Shown here piece by piece: positions 23,597-38,494 of a stretch of 64,000 bases of DNA. This DNA is from Marsupella aquatica (Eukaryota > Plantae > Marchantiophyta). How positions within the stretch are numbered: the first letter of the stretch is position 1; every line of letters begins with the position of its first letter. Under the pieces are notes generated by a model. That model was not told where the DNA came from and ran no database searches. It saw nothing but the letters and a program-made list of their open reading frames with translations. The DNA is taken from assembly GCA_973895155.1 (NCBI GenBank), contig OZ316898.1:3782480-3846479 (forward strand). Direction: 5' to 3'. The position numbers and the translations under genes were made by a program.

Positions 23597-26085
23597 CCAC
23601 AGCTGAAGTAGGCTCTTGTCTCAATTCCAATCTGCAAACACAAACGAAAATATGCTCAACTTCTCAACCCCCCTCGTCCGCTCTTTTGTTTTCGAAGGGT
23701 TACAATTCTGAATCGATGAATTCCTTTCACGAGATTGAAACGACTTTCGCAGAGCTGAGAACAAATCTAGTCGTGCGGGACGTAAGGGTTCCTGCCAGGT
23801 CTTGGAAGCCATACCCCATGCGAGCTTGCAGTACAACGCAAAATAGTTGAACAAAACTACTCGTGTCAGGTCGTCCACAGCCATAATATACAATGGAGAG
23901 TTGTCGTACAAGTGTCAGTCTGTCATTAGAATCCGACAGCGCGCTTCTATAATCGCATTTTGTATAGTCATCACTTACAGGATTGACCAAATATAATATA
24001 CGAGCTGTTCGTACATCAACTTCCTAAGTAGACGCGAACAAAGAATGTGCAGGGGTGTACTTAGAAGATCTAGGAACTGTTAAATGGTCAGTCGTCCGAC
24101 GACGAAGCCCTGCCGGTAATCACACATCAAAATGTGTAAATATAGTGATGTCGTACACAGCATATTTTGATGTGCAGACAAAGTAGGCTAACATGCCTAA
24201 CAAAGTAGGCAAACATGAGTAACGAACGCAGGAAACGCGCATTTAGTGGAATACCAAGAAACAATTGTTGCTGTGTTTACTTATCGTACTGTTGCCGATG
24301 CAGCAGCAACTGGCGACTGAAAGGTCCACCTCCAAAGATGCGAAGTGGCAGTCTGCAGAGCCAAACGCATGCCACGGACCGACTGTAAGCAGACGGGCAA
24401 GACGCAATTTTAACTGTCGGAGCCTTCAAAATTCAGTGAAGAAATTTATGGAAATGAAGCGCCTGAGCATTGTTTAAGAAACGACTCAGTCTCTGGACAT
24501 TCCTTTCCGTCGTCAACAGTGACCCACACGTCGAGGCAATAGTAACTATGGAAGAATTTGATGAGCACGACGAACTGACTCCAATACTAGAACTGCCATC
24601 AATGAACAAAGACTCCCACAAGTGAAATTCAAGACAGAATGCGTGGACAGAGCAATCAACACAGAAATCGGAAATCAGATCTTAAAGGGGAGAATGGAAA
24701 GAGGGCCAAATTGGGAGAGGAAACATCTCGTTGTCGAAACCAATTTCAGTGCTGCGACGAAACAGCCATGGACACAAGACACGGCACGACAAGAAACAGT
24801 TGCCAACAACCACCCAACCAACTCCCTGTCCGATGGGATTCCATATGAAGGCCAATTGATGGTGAGCAATCGAAGGAAGGCAAGGTAGGTAAGGTCAGGT
24901 TTAGGGTGCCAGGATAGTTCGCCTGCCTGTCGGTTCGCAATTGCAAAGCAAGAGCTAATGCTCTGTCTGTTCCTGCCCCCATCCCAATTGTCTCACTGTC
25001 AATTTGCCTGTCGGGCTTGTTACGTTGAGCAGAATACTCCCTATTACCTTCTTCTCTTCCTCTTTCCTCTTTCCTCTCTCCCTCATTCTTGTCTCCGTTT
25101 GCCTCTCTATATCGAAGATGCGGTGTCATCACAGAAAGCAGAAAACAACTTGGTTCGCATCGTCATCGGATCACAATGGGCACGAAATGCCAGTCGCAAC
25201 AACGACCTTTGATGAAATGTATGGGAACAACAAGAGGTCGTAAGAGGTTTCAATCGAACACCAATCGCAACCAGAGGCCCAGCCGACAACAGTAATCACC
25301 CCAAACACCAATTAAGACAACCGATTGACAACAAACACGACTAACCGTGATGATCGTTCTGCCTTTGCTCAGTACCGAAATTCAATTCCGGAATGGCCCT
25401 CACTCCGCTCGATCGCCCACCGCTTCTCGATACGAATGACTTGCGGACTGGATGGATTGTTGGTTGCTTTCGACCGTAATAATGCAGCCCGAGAACGAAA
25501 TTGGGAAATAGAATTGCGAACGATAGCTTCTCCCCGCGTATTCCGGGCTAGTGCCTATGTTCTTGGCTGTTGGCTCCCCGCCGCAATTCACGGAATCAGA
25601 ATTGCCTCTGCTCTCGTCTCTTTCTCTCTGGCTCCTCTTTCTGTTACTCTCTATTCGTGTCTAGCATTCTGTGTCGGCACATGGGTAATTTGCGCAACGC
25701 GAAGAGCACATAAAATCGAGATCCTTGGCTCTCGATGGACTAGTAGCGAGCGCACTAGACGTCAGCAATGGCGGTATGCCGGTAGTGGTCGTTGCTGTAC
25801 CGGTCTCCATTAAGAATTTCGCTTCACACCGTGTGTAAGGTAGAATTTCAATTCTCCATGTGTACGGTAACTTACAGAAAAGGTCACATTTCAACTCTCC
25901 ATAATGTCGGTGTGTGAGGGAAGTGAGGGAAGTGAGTGAATTTGTAAGGTAAAATACTAAAATGTCAAATCCGATGTGTTATGTAACTGCCTGAATGTGC
26001 AAGCTGGCATTTCGATTCTTGGTGTGTAAGGGGACTTCGTGAATGTGTAAGGTGTCTGCCTGAATGTGTTTATAAGCTAACATTT

Positions 26086-27611
26086 TTTTTTGGAGGTATA
26101 TGCTTAATCTACCCCTCCTGGATTGTTTCTTTCTTAATCAACCCCCTATTGTTCAGATCTGCCCCAATGGCCCCCTATGACAATTTCTTAGAGATAGTTC
26201 TTGGGAAGAGCACTATAGAGAGACTTTACCACAGTGCACTCTAATTTTCTATCATATGGGCCTGTGGTCTCGCCCGTGGTATGCCACAATTGTGTCAAGA
26301 TAAGATTTGGCCCACAATCCACTCATGATAAGATTGAATGACGCCGGATGCACTCGTGGGTACTTTTGTGTTTGAAGACAAAAATAGTATGGTCTTCAAA
26401 CATTTAGGGGTTAGTCTCCAGCGGGGTGTCCAATTGTCTGAAGTTTAAGGTAATAAAACTGGGCTGTTATCTCCATAATGTTCATATATAGTTGCTTTGT
26501 TGAGAATCTTTATCAGTGCATTCCACTAGAGATATCAATGTTTAGATATCCCTCACAGACAAATGCTTTGCTGGAATTGACACCAATTTGCTAAATCAGC
26601 ACACTTGCATTCAGAAATTATTAAATTTCCTCAATTTGTTTCCAATCTTTATACCGCAAGACCATTCTGACAGCCAAGAATCCAAACACTTGTAAAATTA
26701 TCCAAAATCCTTGACAGGTTTGCCCTTTTGAATTTGAGTTGCCTTTGCTTCCATTACGAGCAACTTAACTAAGACATATATTAAACAATACATATCAACA
26801 ACAATTGATGACAACATTAAATTCTTACACACTTTCTTATAGGCTTTCCCATTAGTTATTCTGAACACAAATCCTAAATCCATGTGCAATTGGTCTTGTT
26901 TTTGGGCACGCTCTATCTCGTGGTGATAATATGTCACATTAAAGAATGTCCACTTCACTAAAGAAAAGAGACTGAACTGAGCAATAACCCCCAATACGAT
27001 AGATTCCCCCAAACCTCATGACTGGCAGAAGTTATCGTGACACAATGTGAAACAATGAACATTTGGACCAAAGTATGCGAGGACAATTCAATAATGAACA
27101 TTTGAAAACATAACACATATTGTCTTCTCATCGTTTTTGAAATTCTCGATCGTCGCCGTCACGGCCCAGCCCGGCCGACCCTAAACCAAGCATTTGACGG
27201 TTTGGTCAAGTTGCTCGCACCCACGCGGGCACCCACAGACAGGTTCAGGTAGACTGCAATTGCAATACACGGCATGTCATGAACCAAAAACTATCAAAGG
27301 GGGTCGATTGGGTAACAGACAGACTTCGGGGGTCTATTAGGGCAGATCTGAACATAGGAGGTAGATTAAGTAGAAAACAGTCCAGAGGGGGTTGATTAAG
27401 CATATACCTCTTTTTTTTGCCTCAGAAAACCAAAAGAAATCCATTCATTCAGTCAGCATACAAAGTGGGGGGCCCCAAAAAAGGACACCAACCCAGGGGG
27501 ACCAAAGGTTGATGCACCGGGGCCGGTGAAGCGGGGACCAGGTAAGAAGCTGAGCCTCAGAAAAGGCAGCCAAACAAGAAATTTGGAAACCACAGTAGGA
27601 GCAGCACACAG
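26086..27611 (-). mobile_element. Short 5'-truncated non-LTR (LINE/SINE) tail with 13-bp TSD, hosting a MULE
   Basis: TAAGCTAACATTT occurs at 26073-26085 and 27612-27624. The left T-run would be a poly(A) tail on the minus strand. About 200 bp of body lies at 27420-27611. Confidence 0.65.
26093..27410. mobile_element. Non-autonomous Mutator-like element (MULE/MITE)
   Basis: Imperfect TIRs of ~70-85 bp beginning GAGGTATATGCTTAATC at both ends. 9-bp TSD TTTTTTTTG at 26084-26092 and 27411-27419. Confidence 0.88.
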
Positions 27612-30600
27612 TAAGCTAACATTTCAATTCTGTGTGTAAGGTGACTTCCTGAATGTGTAAGGAAGTATTTCAATTTCCCACATGCTGATGTGTAATGAGA
27701 TACAGATCACACTGCCAAAAAACCAGAAGGCATCCAACAGGGAGACACTATTTGACAGGCGAGAGACCCCAAAAAGGGGAGGCAACAACGGAAGTCTCTA
27801 GGAAGGCCAAATTGCCTAAAACCCTAGAGACCTTGGCAAAAAGCCACCCCTACAATGATTGGGAACAAAAACCTTATAGCCCACATTGGCAAACTGAAGT
27901 GTCCGGTAGAGCTCTGGGGTGAGTTGCATGGGCAGTCGCACACAATAATTTGACTAGAGATCCTACAACCAACTTCCTCACCCTTACAAAGAATAGTGAA
28001 TGCCTGAGCCCTTCGTCGTGCAACAGACACCCCCTGTAAGAGTATCAGCCCCAGGGATTCCGATTGGGGCCCAGGCCTGCCTCTAAGCCTATATCCGGAG
28101 CCACCTTGCTTTTTTTGGCTTGCATTTTAGTTGACATCATCTCAATATTGTTTGCAGGCCTTACTAGGTCCTAACTTGAAATGCAGACAACCAAATCTAC
28201 TTTTTGTTATGCAAGCTGCAATTTAATCACCTTTTCCTGGAGTTGCCAACACACATCTACACTTGCCAAAGTGCCACATTTTCAGGTCTGACAACATTTT
28301 CACATTCATTCCCTATGGTTGCAGTATTGCCATAACCTGCTTTGCTAAGGATTTGCATGCATTTGTGGGATATAAAGCCCTGGAAATTAGTTCAAGGACC
28401 CATGGGTTAGTGAGCTTAATGTTATTCAACTAGATGGAGCCATGAAAAGTTGCAGATTAGAGTAGTTTTGAAAATAAGGAAACGAGAGGACAAAGATGAA
28501 ATGAAGTAATTTGAATGAAGTGGGGTCTAAGTTAGTTAGGACACCTTCAATTTCATTGAAAACAACGAGGAGATTATTTATGGTAACAGTCCATACCAAA
28601 CCTTCCCTTGGTACATTTATGTCCATGTAGGGGTCCATGCAAAATGTTCCTCTGTTCATAGTAGTTGAAGAGCTTCTTAAATCACCATTGGCCATGTAAA
28701 AGGGGAAGTGTCCAAGACTTCTCCCTTTTTCACATTCTTCTCCTCTAGGGTGAAACTTTTCTCCACAATTTCAGGAAAAACTTACTAAAAATGGTGAAAC
28801 CTGGTGGATCCAGGTTTTGTGATGGACACTGGTGCTTTAAGTTCCTTTGGTATTCCACTGTCTACACTTGTTGAAGGGTCTTTTATATGCCCTTCTTATC
28901 CCCAATGTCCATAGTAGTTGAAGGGTTTCTTATGTTCTCTTAATATTCCTTTTCCATAGTAGCCAAAGGGTTCTTAAGTTACCTTGGATATTGTTACACT
29001 AGTTGAAGAGTTTCTTACTACCCATGGTTATTTCAAAATTTTGCCAGTTAAATTTTTGTTATCTGTTTGATAAATTTCCTGAATGTATACAGTAACATCT
29101 CAATTCACCATGTGAAAGGTAACTGCCTGAATGTGTCAGCTAATATTTCAATACTCCATGTGTAAGGTGACTGCCTGAATGTGAAAAGTAACATCTCAAT
29201 TATCCATGTGCGGGGTACTGCCTGAGCATGTACTAAGGTAACACGTTAATTCTCAATGTTTGTGTAAAGTGACTGCCGGAATGATTGTGCAAGTGTAAGG
29301 TAACCCCTCCTGGACCAATGAGTCAGTTCTTTCAACCTGAGGTATTTACAATTTGGGAGAATGACCCAAACTCAGGACTTTAACTAGCTTGACGTCATCA
29401 GCGAATTTTATTTTTGTATAGTTTGGATCTTATGTGTCCAGCTTTAATTAAGAATTATTCCGCATGAACCCCACTGATGGGGGGACCAAGCAGGCCAACG
29501 GCAGCAACCTCAAGAGGCAAAAAGAACAAGCAGCCAGATTAGAGAGTCTTGTGCATCGGATGATACCCTCTCTAATAGTAGGCCAGTATCGGGGCTTGCA
29601 CGTCACATCTCAAGGCGAACAGAGAAAAGCACGATCCGAAGTGGACCATATACAGTCTACTTAAGTCCTAGTAGGTTACTTAGCAATAGGTCAAATGGTG
29701 TCCAGCTAGTTTTAGTGGGTGAGATGGCAGAATGTCCTGGACAGCCTGTCAAGGGTATGCTTACCATTGAAAAATGCCCAGCATCAAAAGTTGTGCTTTC
29801 ATAATGAGGCCCTAAAAATACGTTGGACTTTACATAGTAGTTAAAAGTTCTGTCTAGAGTGCTGCCCTTGGGAAGCGGGGCTATATCCCCATCCCCAACC
29901 CCCCCCCCCCCCCCCACAATAATGTCCAGGGATAGAACTTTTCAGAGGGTAATTTTGTTTCTTTCCACGTTGATCGAGTTGTAGAGTGTAAATTTTAATA
30001 AACTTCTTTGAACAACTTACTAGTGTCTATTGCTTTACATGGGGCTCAAACTATCACTGTTTTTCAAAAGGCAAAGGTTGTCTACTCTGGACAAATATTT
30101 TGTGATCCTCCTGGTTTACTCCCAATTTACCAGTCTTTTCAGTTTGGTGATCAGTATGACTTTAGTTACCAACCTAGTTTTAGTTATGGACCCATGAAGT
30201 AGATTTTCAGGTTTTATATGGGGTATCTGATGCTTCTACTCACATACCATACATCGATACAATGGAACCAATTAGCATCGATGTTTGTAGTTATCTACAA
30301 TGAATCAATGTAATATCCCGCTCTTTGTCCAAGTACCACGAAGGAACTCCACTATGCACTATTTTTGGAACTATGTTTCTTAAAAGCATTACAGCATACG
30401 GAAGGAGGGTACTTGGTCTACAATTTGCCAGCACTTGTCCATCTGCTGAGACAGTACATATCAAAATTCAAATGATTAGAGTTTATCTATTGAAGAAATG
30501 CTTACCCTCATGGTTACCTGACCCTTAGTTTGTGGAGCAAGGAGAGCAACTATAGAATAAATCACAGCCATATTGCAAATCATGACGTGGATGCATCAAG

Positions 30601-33456
30601 GAGCCAATTTCCATCCACTTCTGGTAACTGATAATGCTAAAGGTCAAGTGTGCCAATAGATGGAAAATAAAATACCATCTTGAGCAACAGGATGTTAGTA
30701 TTGTGCAACAAAGAGTCAACTTTGTGCCTATATACCCTGGCCTAGCTGCAAGCCGAATGAGATCCTCATTTTATGCTTGTAGCCGGAGCGGGTGACAAAA
30801 ATGGTAGAGTCTTGGTTTATGTTTTGGCAACTCGGGCGGGAGCGGGCAGCAGCATCAGGGGCTGAAATGGGCAGTGTACAGGGCCCCAGGAAAATGGGGG
30901 AGCATTAACACGGGTAGATTTAATGCACACTCTACTGATCAGCAAACTCAAGAGCCTGGTAGAACTTGGGGGTGATCTGCATAAAAGATCACAAAGACAT
31001 TTGACTAGAGACCCTAAAACCAGAAGTATTTAGGACTTTTGCTGCAACGGTTCATAGACACTTTATGTACAAGTTCCTTTGTGTTTCTTTACTCTATAAG
31101 AGACAAGGATTCCAAATCAATTATCTAGTGTAGTGACTTGACCAAACGAATTGGCCTTCCGTGAATATTGAGCGATCTGAAACTGCTAGAGAAAAGGCAG
31201 AAAGGAAGTCTTAAAAGGAAAATTGAATGAATTCTTAAAAAAAGAAAGAAGGCACAGGTACGAAAACTGATGGAAAAGTTGGATTGAATGTCCACAGGAC
31301 GAATTTCCAGTCTTTATCCAGGTTTGATTGCGCACTCAGGGGACTGGAAAGACATGAAAGTCTACCTTAAAGTGTTAAAATCTTCAGAATTCGCTCTCTG
31401 CAAACCGGCCCCTCCAAAAGCTTGGCGTCTTTTGTAGGAAATATGTCGTAGCCTCAAGATTCCATCTGGAGCACCGACCCTACTAGGGAATTCCCCTCTG
31501 AACCAGATTGACAAGCGGGTGCGCCTCTGGCTCCGTCAGTGTGCTTTATGATGCAACGTGGGAGGAATTTAATCTGAAAAGTTCTGTCATTCGCTGTTTG
31601 CTATATCACCTTTGCAAAGCTTATGTGATCTGTTATCTATTTTAGCCAGAGTACGAACTCCTTGGGGATTGACAAGTGGTTATATGATTAGAATAGTGCT
31701 GACAAGATTTAACTCATATTCAGAAAAGAACTGCTTTGGACGTGTAGACGATCACCTTTCCAGATTGTTCACATAACTTTTCTCCTTAAAGTGGCGTCGT
31801 GGTATCTTGCAGAATGAAAAAGGAATAGGCTTGTTTGTGGTGTATTGTGTGAAATGAACCAACCTTGCATTTCAAGGACGGGACCATGTGTGACTTCCCG
31901 TGAAATAGTCGGGGCTTTCATGGAGGAGACTTTTGGCTTTGGTAGGGAGTTGCCTCTGTACCATCTACTACATGGAAGCTTACCCTTTCACTTTTGAAGT
32001 GATACTTCGATTTGGTAAAGAAGAATTCCCCAGAAGGTCTGGTCACTGCCACTTATTATTCCCTCGAGTCAGGCCAGCCACGACCTATGGCTTAGGTAGC
32101 TAGCTACATTAAGCCTTCAACCGAGATGTACCTGCACCCTTATTAGCCGTTCGTTCTGTAATGACAAGTCAGTAGCACCAGAAGGATGTTCCCTGCTGAA
32201 GATTCAACTAAGCGAACTCCACTCTCCTAAAACCCATGATTCGAACTTCCCTCAAATTATTAGATATACAGTTAATCAGATCCAGTTCTATGTTCCCGAT
32301 AAGCGGTCTTGAAATACGCATAGGTACACTCACCCGAAGTTCTTAAAGCACCGTTCGATGGCAATCGCTGCGCTCATCAGGAAAGGACTGTTCTATGTTC
32401 ATCTAAAAAGTCAATCGAAGTGAATAAATAACTAAATTGCTAGAAAGTTTAAAAAAAATGTTAATCAAAGACTAGCAGTGGAATCCAAACATGGTTGCTG
32501 CATTGGAGGTAAACTGACATCCTTGAGTAATTATAAAGACTGCTCGATGCTGTCGAGCAAGGCAGTTACAGACCCTATGCCTACGATTCAACAATTGAAA
32601 CAAATATGGACAGACAGATGTATTATCTGTTCGAGAAATATGATTGAGGGTAACATTTGCAATTAGTGTCTGGCCACGATTTGACAGGAATTTCAACAAC
32701 GCTGGCATCTTAATCTTGTGCTGAGAAAAATAGAAGCTCCACCGTAATCATATCCTGCGCTGCTTTTGTTCCACAAACTCTCCGTTCTACGGAGACTTTA
32801 AGAAAAAACCTCGTTAACTTTGTGCTAAAACCAATGTAGGATCACAACAACTATCCTTTGTCCGGTACTTCAGTTCCACGTATTTTCTGATGGAGTTTCT
32901 AGGACCAATTGACTGGAAAATTCTTGACGCTGCAACCTATAAATGGCTGACCCTGAATTTGGTGAACCTTGAGTGACAAAGCTCAAGACACTTCTTCCCT
33001 AAACTTATATCTGTCCGACTGGCAGCTCCAATAGTGCTTTCATGGAAGCCATTGGTGCCAGTCCAATCTATCAATTCAACTTATTCCCAAATAGTCCAAC
33101 GAGAATCAGCTGTAAGATTTGTCGTAAGTGCAAAAGAGAGAATAAGCCTTCTAAGTTACTCCCAAACGACAGACTCTCGTCTGAGGGAAGACGAGAAACA
33201 ATTTAACAGTGCACTAGGCTACTCCGTGCCTGTGCCATTTTTCAGATGTTTCTTCGGCCCTGTTGTCTTACAAGGACCCAAAACATGGTTGACGAGAAAC
33301 TCAAAAATTGCTCTGAAATAAAGCAGGTCAATGTGAGGCCATTTTCCCATCAAGCTGGGTGTACCAGATTATTGAGATGTACTAAGACCCAGTGTCCTTC
33401 GATAGGATTTCTTCTGCACACCGCTATCATTAACAGTTCCAGCGCCATGTTTAGAT

Positions 33457-36400
33457 CTAGACTCTGAGATCCACCGTGGAGAAGCCATTGCCCTTTGTGA
33501 CATTAAAACTGTTGCTAACATTCCTTCCCTGCACGTTAAGAGTATATTCTCCTTGGAACCCACGGAATGCAATTTGACCCTGTTGATCGGTCACACCCTG
33601 AAAACTGGTCAGCCACTCTTTCTTAAGAGCAATAAAGCGACGCCCGCATTCATTGACTCTCTTGTCCGAATCAACAAGATGAGAGTTTTTTCTGCACATC
33701 GAACCTTCCCAGAATCCCCACAGCATGAAACCCTCCACGGAAGGATGGGCATAAGCTTCTCGTAGAATCACCTCCAGATCATCTGCCCTCAAATATTCAT
33801 TGACAGATTCAACATCTACCTCGGTGAACCAGATTGGAAGCCCAAGTGTACTAAGCTCATTGAGAGCCTGTTCAATGATGGGTCCAATTGGGACGTTCAG
33901 ATGACCTTGAATACCAATTCCTCCAATTGGTGCACCATTGGACTGTAGGTCGCGAATATGCTCGATGTATTTCTGGGGTGAAGCGTTGGAGTCTTCCCCA
34001 TCCTCAACATGGTAGTCGTTAACAAAGAGAACGGCCTGTGGATCGAATTGATGTGCCAGTTGGAAAAGGTATGGCCAGAACTGAGGGCCCAACTTATCCT
34101 TGTAGAATGATCCATGAAGCATCTCATTATTCACGTCATAATGTTTGAACTGACCGTGGTATCGTGTCAGGAGGCCGCTGACCCTATCCTGCACAGCTTC
34201 TGCAAGTTTTTGGGCATCCAATTTCTTTAACCAATCCTGTACAGTATCCTCTGTTTCCCAAAGGATGCAATGACCTCGCATTAAAATCCCATTACGGTTG
34301 CAGAACTCCACCATTTCGTCGGCATCGTCATACTTCAATTTGCCTTGATTCGGTTCTGTCCATCCCCACTTGATCTCGTTGTCAAAAACTGCCCAGTTAA
34401 ATTGCTCAACAAAAAACTTTGTGTATCCCTTGTTGGCAAGATTCCATTGACTGATACAAGTTCCGAGAGGGAAGCTATTTTTTGTTTGTTGAATGGTAAC
34501 TGGTATGCCGGGACGAAGTGGACGGCCATTCGAGTCTTGGAGCCTGACAACTACATCACACTTACGAACCTACAAACAACAATGCCACATACATTTTCAG
34601 ATTTAAGGAGAGGCAAATAATTGATGAACCAGACAAGTCTGGTGCCAGTCCATGTACAAACACCTCAAACATGTGATTCTCACTCCAACATTTAAATCAG
34701 AGGTTCCTATTTTATGCATGCAATAGATCCTCGCTTCCTGTCATAAACATTTGTCCCTCAATCTCTCGTTTTATTACAGTTAAAGAATTCATTCTCCTCC
34801 CAAAGATGTTCAATTAATCTTATAACATACCTTGTCTGTTTTCTCCTTTAAATAAGGTACGCGTGCCAACCGGTCAACTGCAAATATATGGAGGCCTGCC
34901 ACCTTCATGTCTATACCTGGGGCAGGGCCTTGAAAGTAAACAATAACTTTTTCAGGCTTTTTTTCAAGCCGAAGAGAACCAGAAACCTCGGTCCAATCTG
35001 TACCTGCATACACCTCCCCGCCTTGCACCCACGCCCCATCCACACCTAAGGCAACATTAACTCTTTGGGGCGTCAGAATACCACGAGAACCGGGAGGGAG
35101 GGCTATTGCAACCCATGCAGTCACTTGGTATGTATTGAAGAGCTGAAGTTTCTCTGTGATTGTTTGTCCAGGACCTTCCCAAACCTGCGTCCGATTTGAT
35201 ACATAGAGAAACCTGCCGTGCAAGCCTGGTGCCGGAGAACCGATAAAAGATCTGACTGCATTTGCACCTAACATAAGAGGGCTGCCAGGCGAAATAGTCA
35301 AGCGACAATTTCCCATAGGATACCAGGCACCCAGCCCACCTTCCAAGTTGCTGTTGCCAATAACATTCACCCCAAACATTGGGTCCTGCATAGAAGAATT
35401 TGTTAATCTTATTTACTATTGCCACAAATACTACACTATACTAATGAAAAGATTTTGTGATCGATGCATCATTGACCAAATCCTGAGAGAAAAATTATTG
35501 TAAATGTTCAAAAATCAATCCAGGATAAAGGAAAGTTGGGCACCTTAAGTGCTGGTGGACCTGTAGGCCTGGCTCGAACTGGAATGAACATTGCAAAATT
35601 GTCTACCAAAAGATCAGTACCTCCCGGTGGACCTTCGAGGTAAACTGTAGCCAGCTTTGGTAGCTTATTCACAAGAAATTCTCCTTTCAGCTCCGTCCAG
35701 TGTGAATTAAATGCCTTTCCCCTAATAACAAGTAAATCTCAAATAGAATTAGTTTCCAAATTCATGACACCATCGGTGGAAAGATAAAGCCTAGTGTATT
35801 AAATACCCATGCAACTATAACCATTATTCGACGACACCGCAGTCCAAAATGTGAACAAGCAGATTGAGGTTGCTCTAACATTACTCGAGAGACGAGTCTA
35901 GCAGACAATTATTGGCTTTCAGGTATATATTTCCAGGTTATTGTGAAATCGTTATCGTGAAGTGAAAACTATGTCTCGCAATCTTTCCCTGAGTATCCCT
36001 GAAGGTGCACTATAGAAGGAGGGTTTGTAGTACTGGATGAGGGACTGTACGGAATGGACCTTACAATACGCAGGAGTCCTGCAAGAGGATTAGAAAAAAT
36101 TAACTACCAGTGATCACTTACTTTGCAAGAGTGATGTATTGATCCTTATTGTCCATTCCTTTCAGGTAGAGGGTGGCCAGCACATTTGCTTCAGCAACAT
36201 TCCCACGAATACGAATTTGACCTGTTACACTATAGAGCATACTCTCTTCTATACGTCCTGTGATTTCCTGTTCAATCCCCTGCCATCCCTCAGTCCTGTT
36301 TCCTGCAACTGCAAAGAATTTTCCTGTCGCAGGAAGAATTCTGCCATTATCTAGACTCTCACACACATATATGTTGCAGTTTTTTGCCCTCCATTCTCGC

Positions 36401-38494
36401 AAACCGTCTGTAAATCCTGAGTTTTGGACCAGGATTCGCGGATTACCACTCACTGTTAACTTTCCCTGTCACAAGACACAATTACAAAATTGATTAAGTA
36501 AGAGGAGAAGACGCTGACCACAACCTACGCTGCCATAATTCCCCTAAAAGGCTGTCTGGATTTTCACTCACCAGCAGGGTGTCTTGAAACAATCGGAGCA
36601 TCTAGGTGTTATATTTTTTGTTCAGTTTACTTAGAAAAGAAAGATAATTGATCAATCCACTTCAAGAACCATTGGTATAAACAATTTTCATGCATCAAAT
36701 GGGAATCTATGCAGCGAGGACGGCAAATATTGAGGACGTCACTAATTTTGAGAAAGGCAGCAAGGGAGTTATCTCTGGGAGTTTTGAAAAGTGTCAGTCA
36801 TCATGGAATATCTGAGACCAACCACATTCAAGTTTTGAACTAATTTGTGGCACAATTCTTCCTAACTTCCACTTACCTAACAAAATGAGAGTAGCTCGAA
36901 TTATGATTGCAACTTCCCTCTTTCATACTTCAGGCTTGGCGAGGCAATTATTCCATGTGGTATGACCGGTCACGGTGTGTCACTCAAATCACAGCTGGAT
37001 GAGACCAAATAACGCACCCAAGAAATCCAAGTTTGCTCACCTGATCATCCGAAATTTGAAGACGCTCAATTCCCTCAATACCCTGCCGGAAGAGGCGAAG
37101 GAGAACCATATCAGACATGCCTTTATTACTTACAGCAAAAATATTCCAAGAACACTCGTAAGGAACGACGGTCCTATGGCTCCCCGCAATGACAACACCA
37201 CGATGAACAGACCTGGCTCGAACTCTATCTCACAACGATGCAATGACAGCAAAGAGATCTACTAAGTAGGCCATCTCAAGACGTTAAATAGTTGTATCAT
37301 GGCCCGAATGATCTCAGAAACAAAATTCTACTAGTAACTCTGACCGAGAGATCTAACATTCAGAGTCGGGATAACTGACTAGGATTTCACGTCCTTAACA
37401 TATGAAGAACATATAACTCCTGGACGTATCGGACAAGATTCGCAAAAGCCTGAGAAATTGTTTCAGCAACTTGATGTGCTGTAAGCTTTTGATTCTCCCT
37501 TAAAACTGAGAGATTAGTCTTTTTGGGACTTAAGAGTTCTGTGCCCTTCCAATTCTTACGTTTATAGAGCGACCTAACGAATGATCATCAATTCAACAAG
37601 TTCAGACAAGACTTCATCCCAGTAGGAGGTAACACCTGCCAACATTCTCAACTGAAAACCGAAGCTGTGGAGATTAGAGCGAAACATACCGCTTGAGTCT
37701 GCGGCACTAAAGGAATTATAGCAACGCTGCTGACTAGAATATCAATCCCAGGGCTTGGGCCCTCGAAGTACAAAATTGCCTTGGCTGGCAGTTCATTGAG
37801 CCGAAGCTTCCCTGAAAACAAACTCCACTTTCCTTCTGTAACGGCCACGCTGCATAGATCAGCAGCTGATAATTAGCAAAGAGGCCCAAGACCCAGCTCA
37901 TAGAAATGGCAGAGAAGCTGCAAAGTCCGTAGACACGGCTTTCTCTTTGCCATACGCGATGAGCCATGTCACAGCAAAAGACTACAAGAACCCCTTACAA
38001 AAGTGGCTTCGACTCGAATGAGGGAGAAGGAATGAATGAAGGAAACAGTCTAACCTTCCTATCCAGATAAAATTTTCGCCTCCTGAAGCCTTCTCCGCCT
38101 TCAGGGTACAAATCACTTCTGCATCCTTTGCCTCGGCGCCAATCCCAACCCATGCTTCCACTCGATATTCCACGTCGATCTCCAGCCTGTCGCCGATCTC
38201 TTGAGCCAGCCCCTCCCATGTATTTTTTCGGCCATGGGCAATGCAATAGGTGGAACCACCGAAGGTGCCCAAGGAGAGACTGCAACCAAGCCCGAACCAG
38301 CCCTGTGTTCCATCGGCAAAAGTGGGATTGACCACAATGTTGAACGGCGGAGGAGCAGAATTCGAGTAAGCGGTCGTTTGGGCTGAGGCCTGCTGCGCAT
38401 GCTGTGCAGCAGTCCTCTCCGCTAGGCTCCCCATCATTGTCTTCTTCACCAGATCTTTGCCTTTGCGGCTCAAAGACCCCAACACTTTGCTCAT
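33457..38494 (-). CDS. GH10 endo-1,4-beta-xylanase with three N-terminal CBM22 (CBM_4_9) modules, ~929 aa, 6 exons
   Basis: Exons 38494-38055, 37849-37690, 36465-36122, 35721-35544, 35385-34831 and 34569-33457 are GT-AG and frame-consistent. Motifs MRGHCILW, YDVNNEM (acid/base) and WFTEVD (nucleophile). Confidence 0.92.

Larger units (their letters stand above)
25830..29300. repeat. Degenerate ~50-bp tandem array (TGTGTAAGGTAACTGCCTGAATGTG core) broken by insertions
   Basis: Units occur at ~25830-26080, ~27612-27690 and ~29075-29300. Confidence 0.75.

Noticed and set aside
25830-29300. CRISPR-like array
   Set aside because: The context is eukaryotic, the units are degenerate without unique equal-length spacers, and there are no cas genes.
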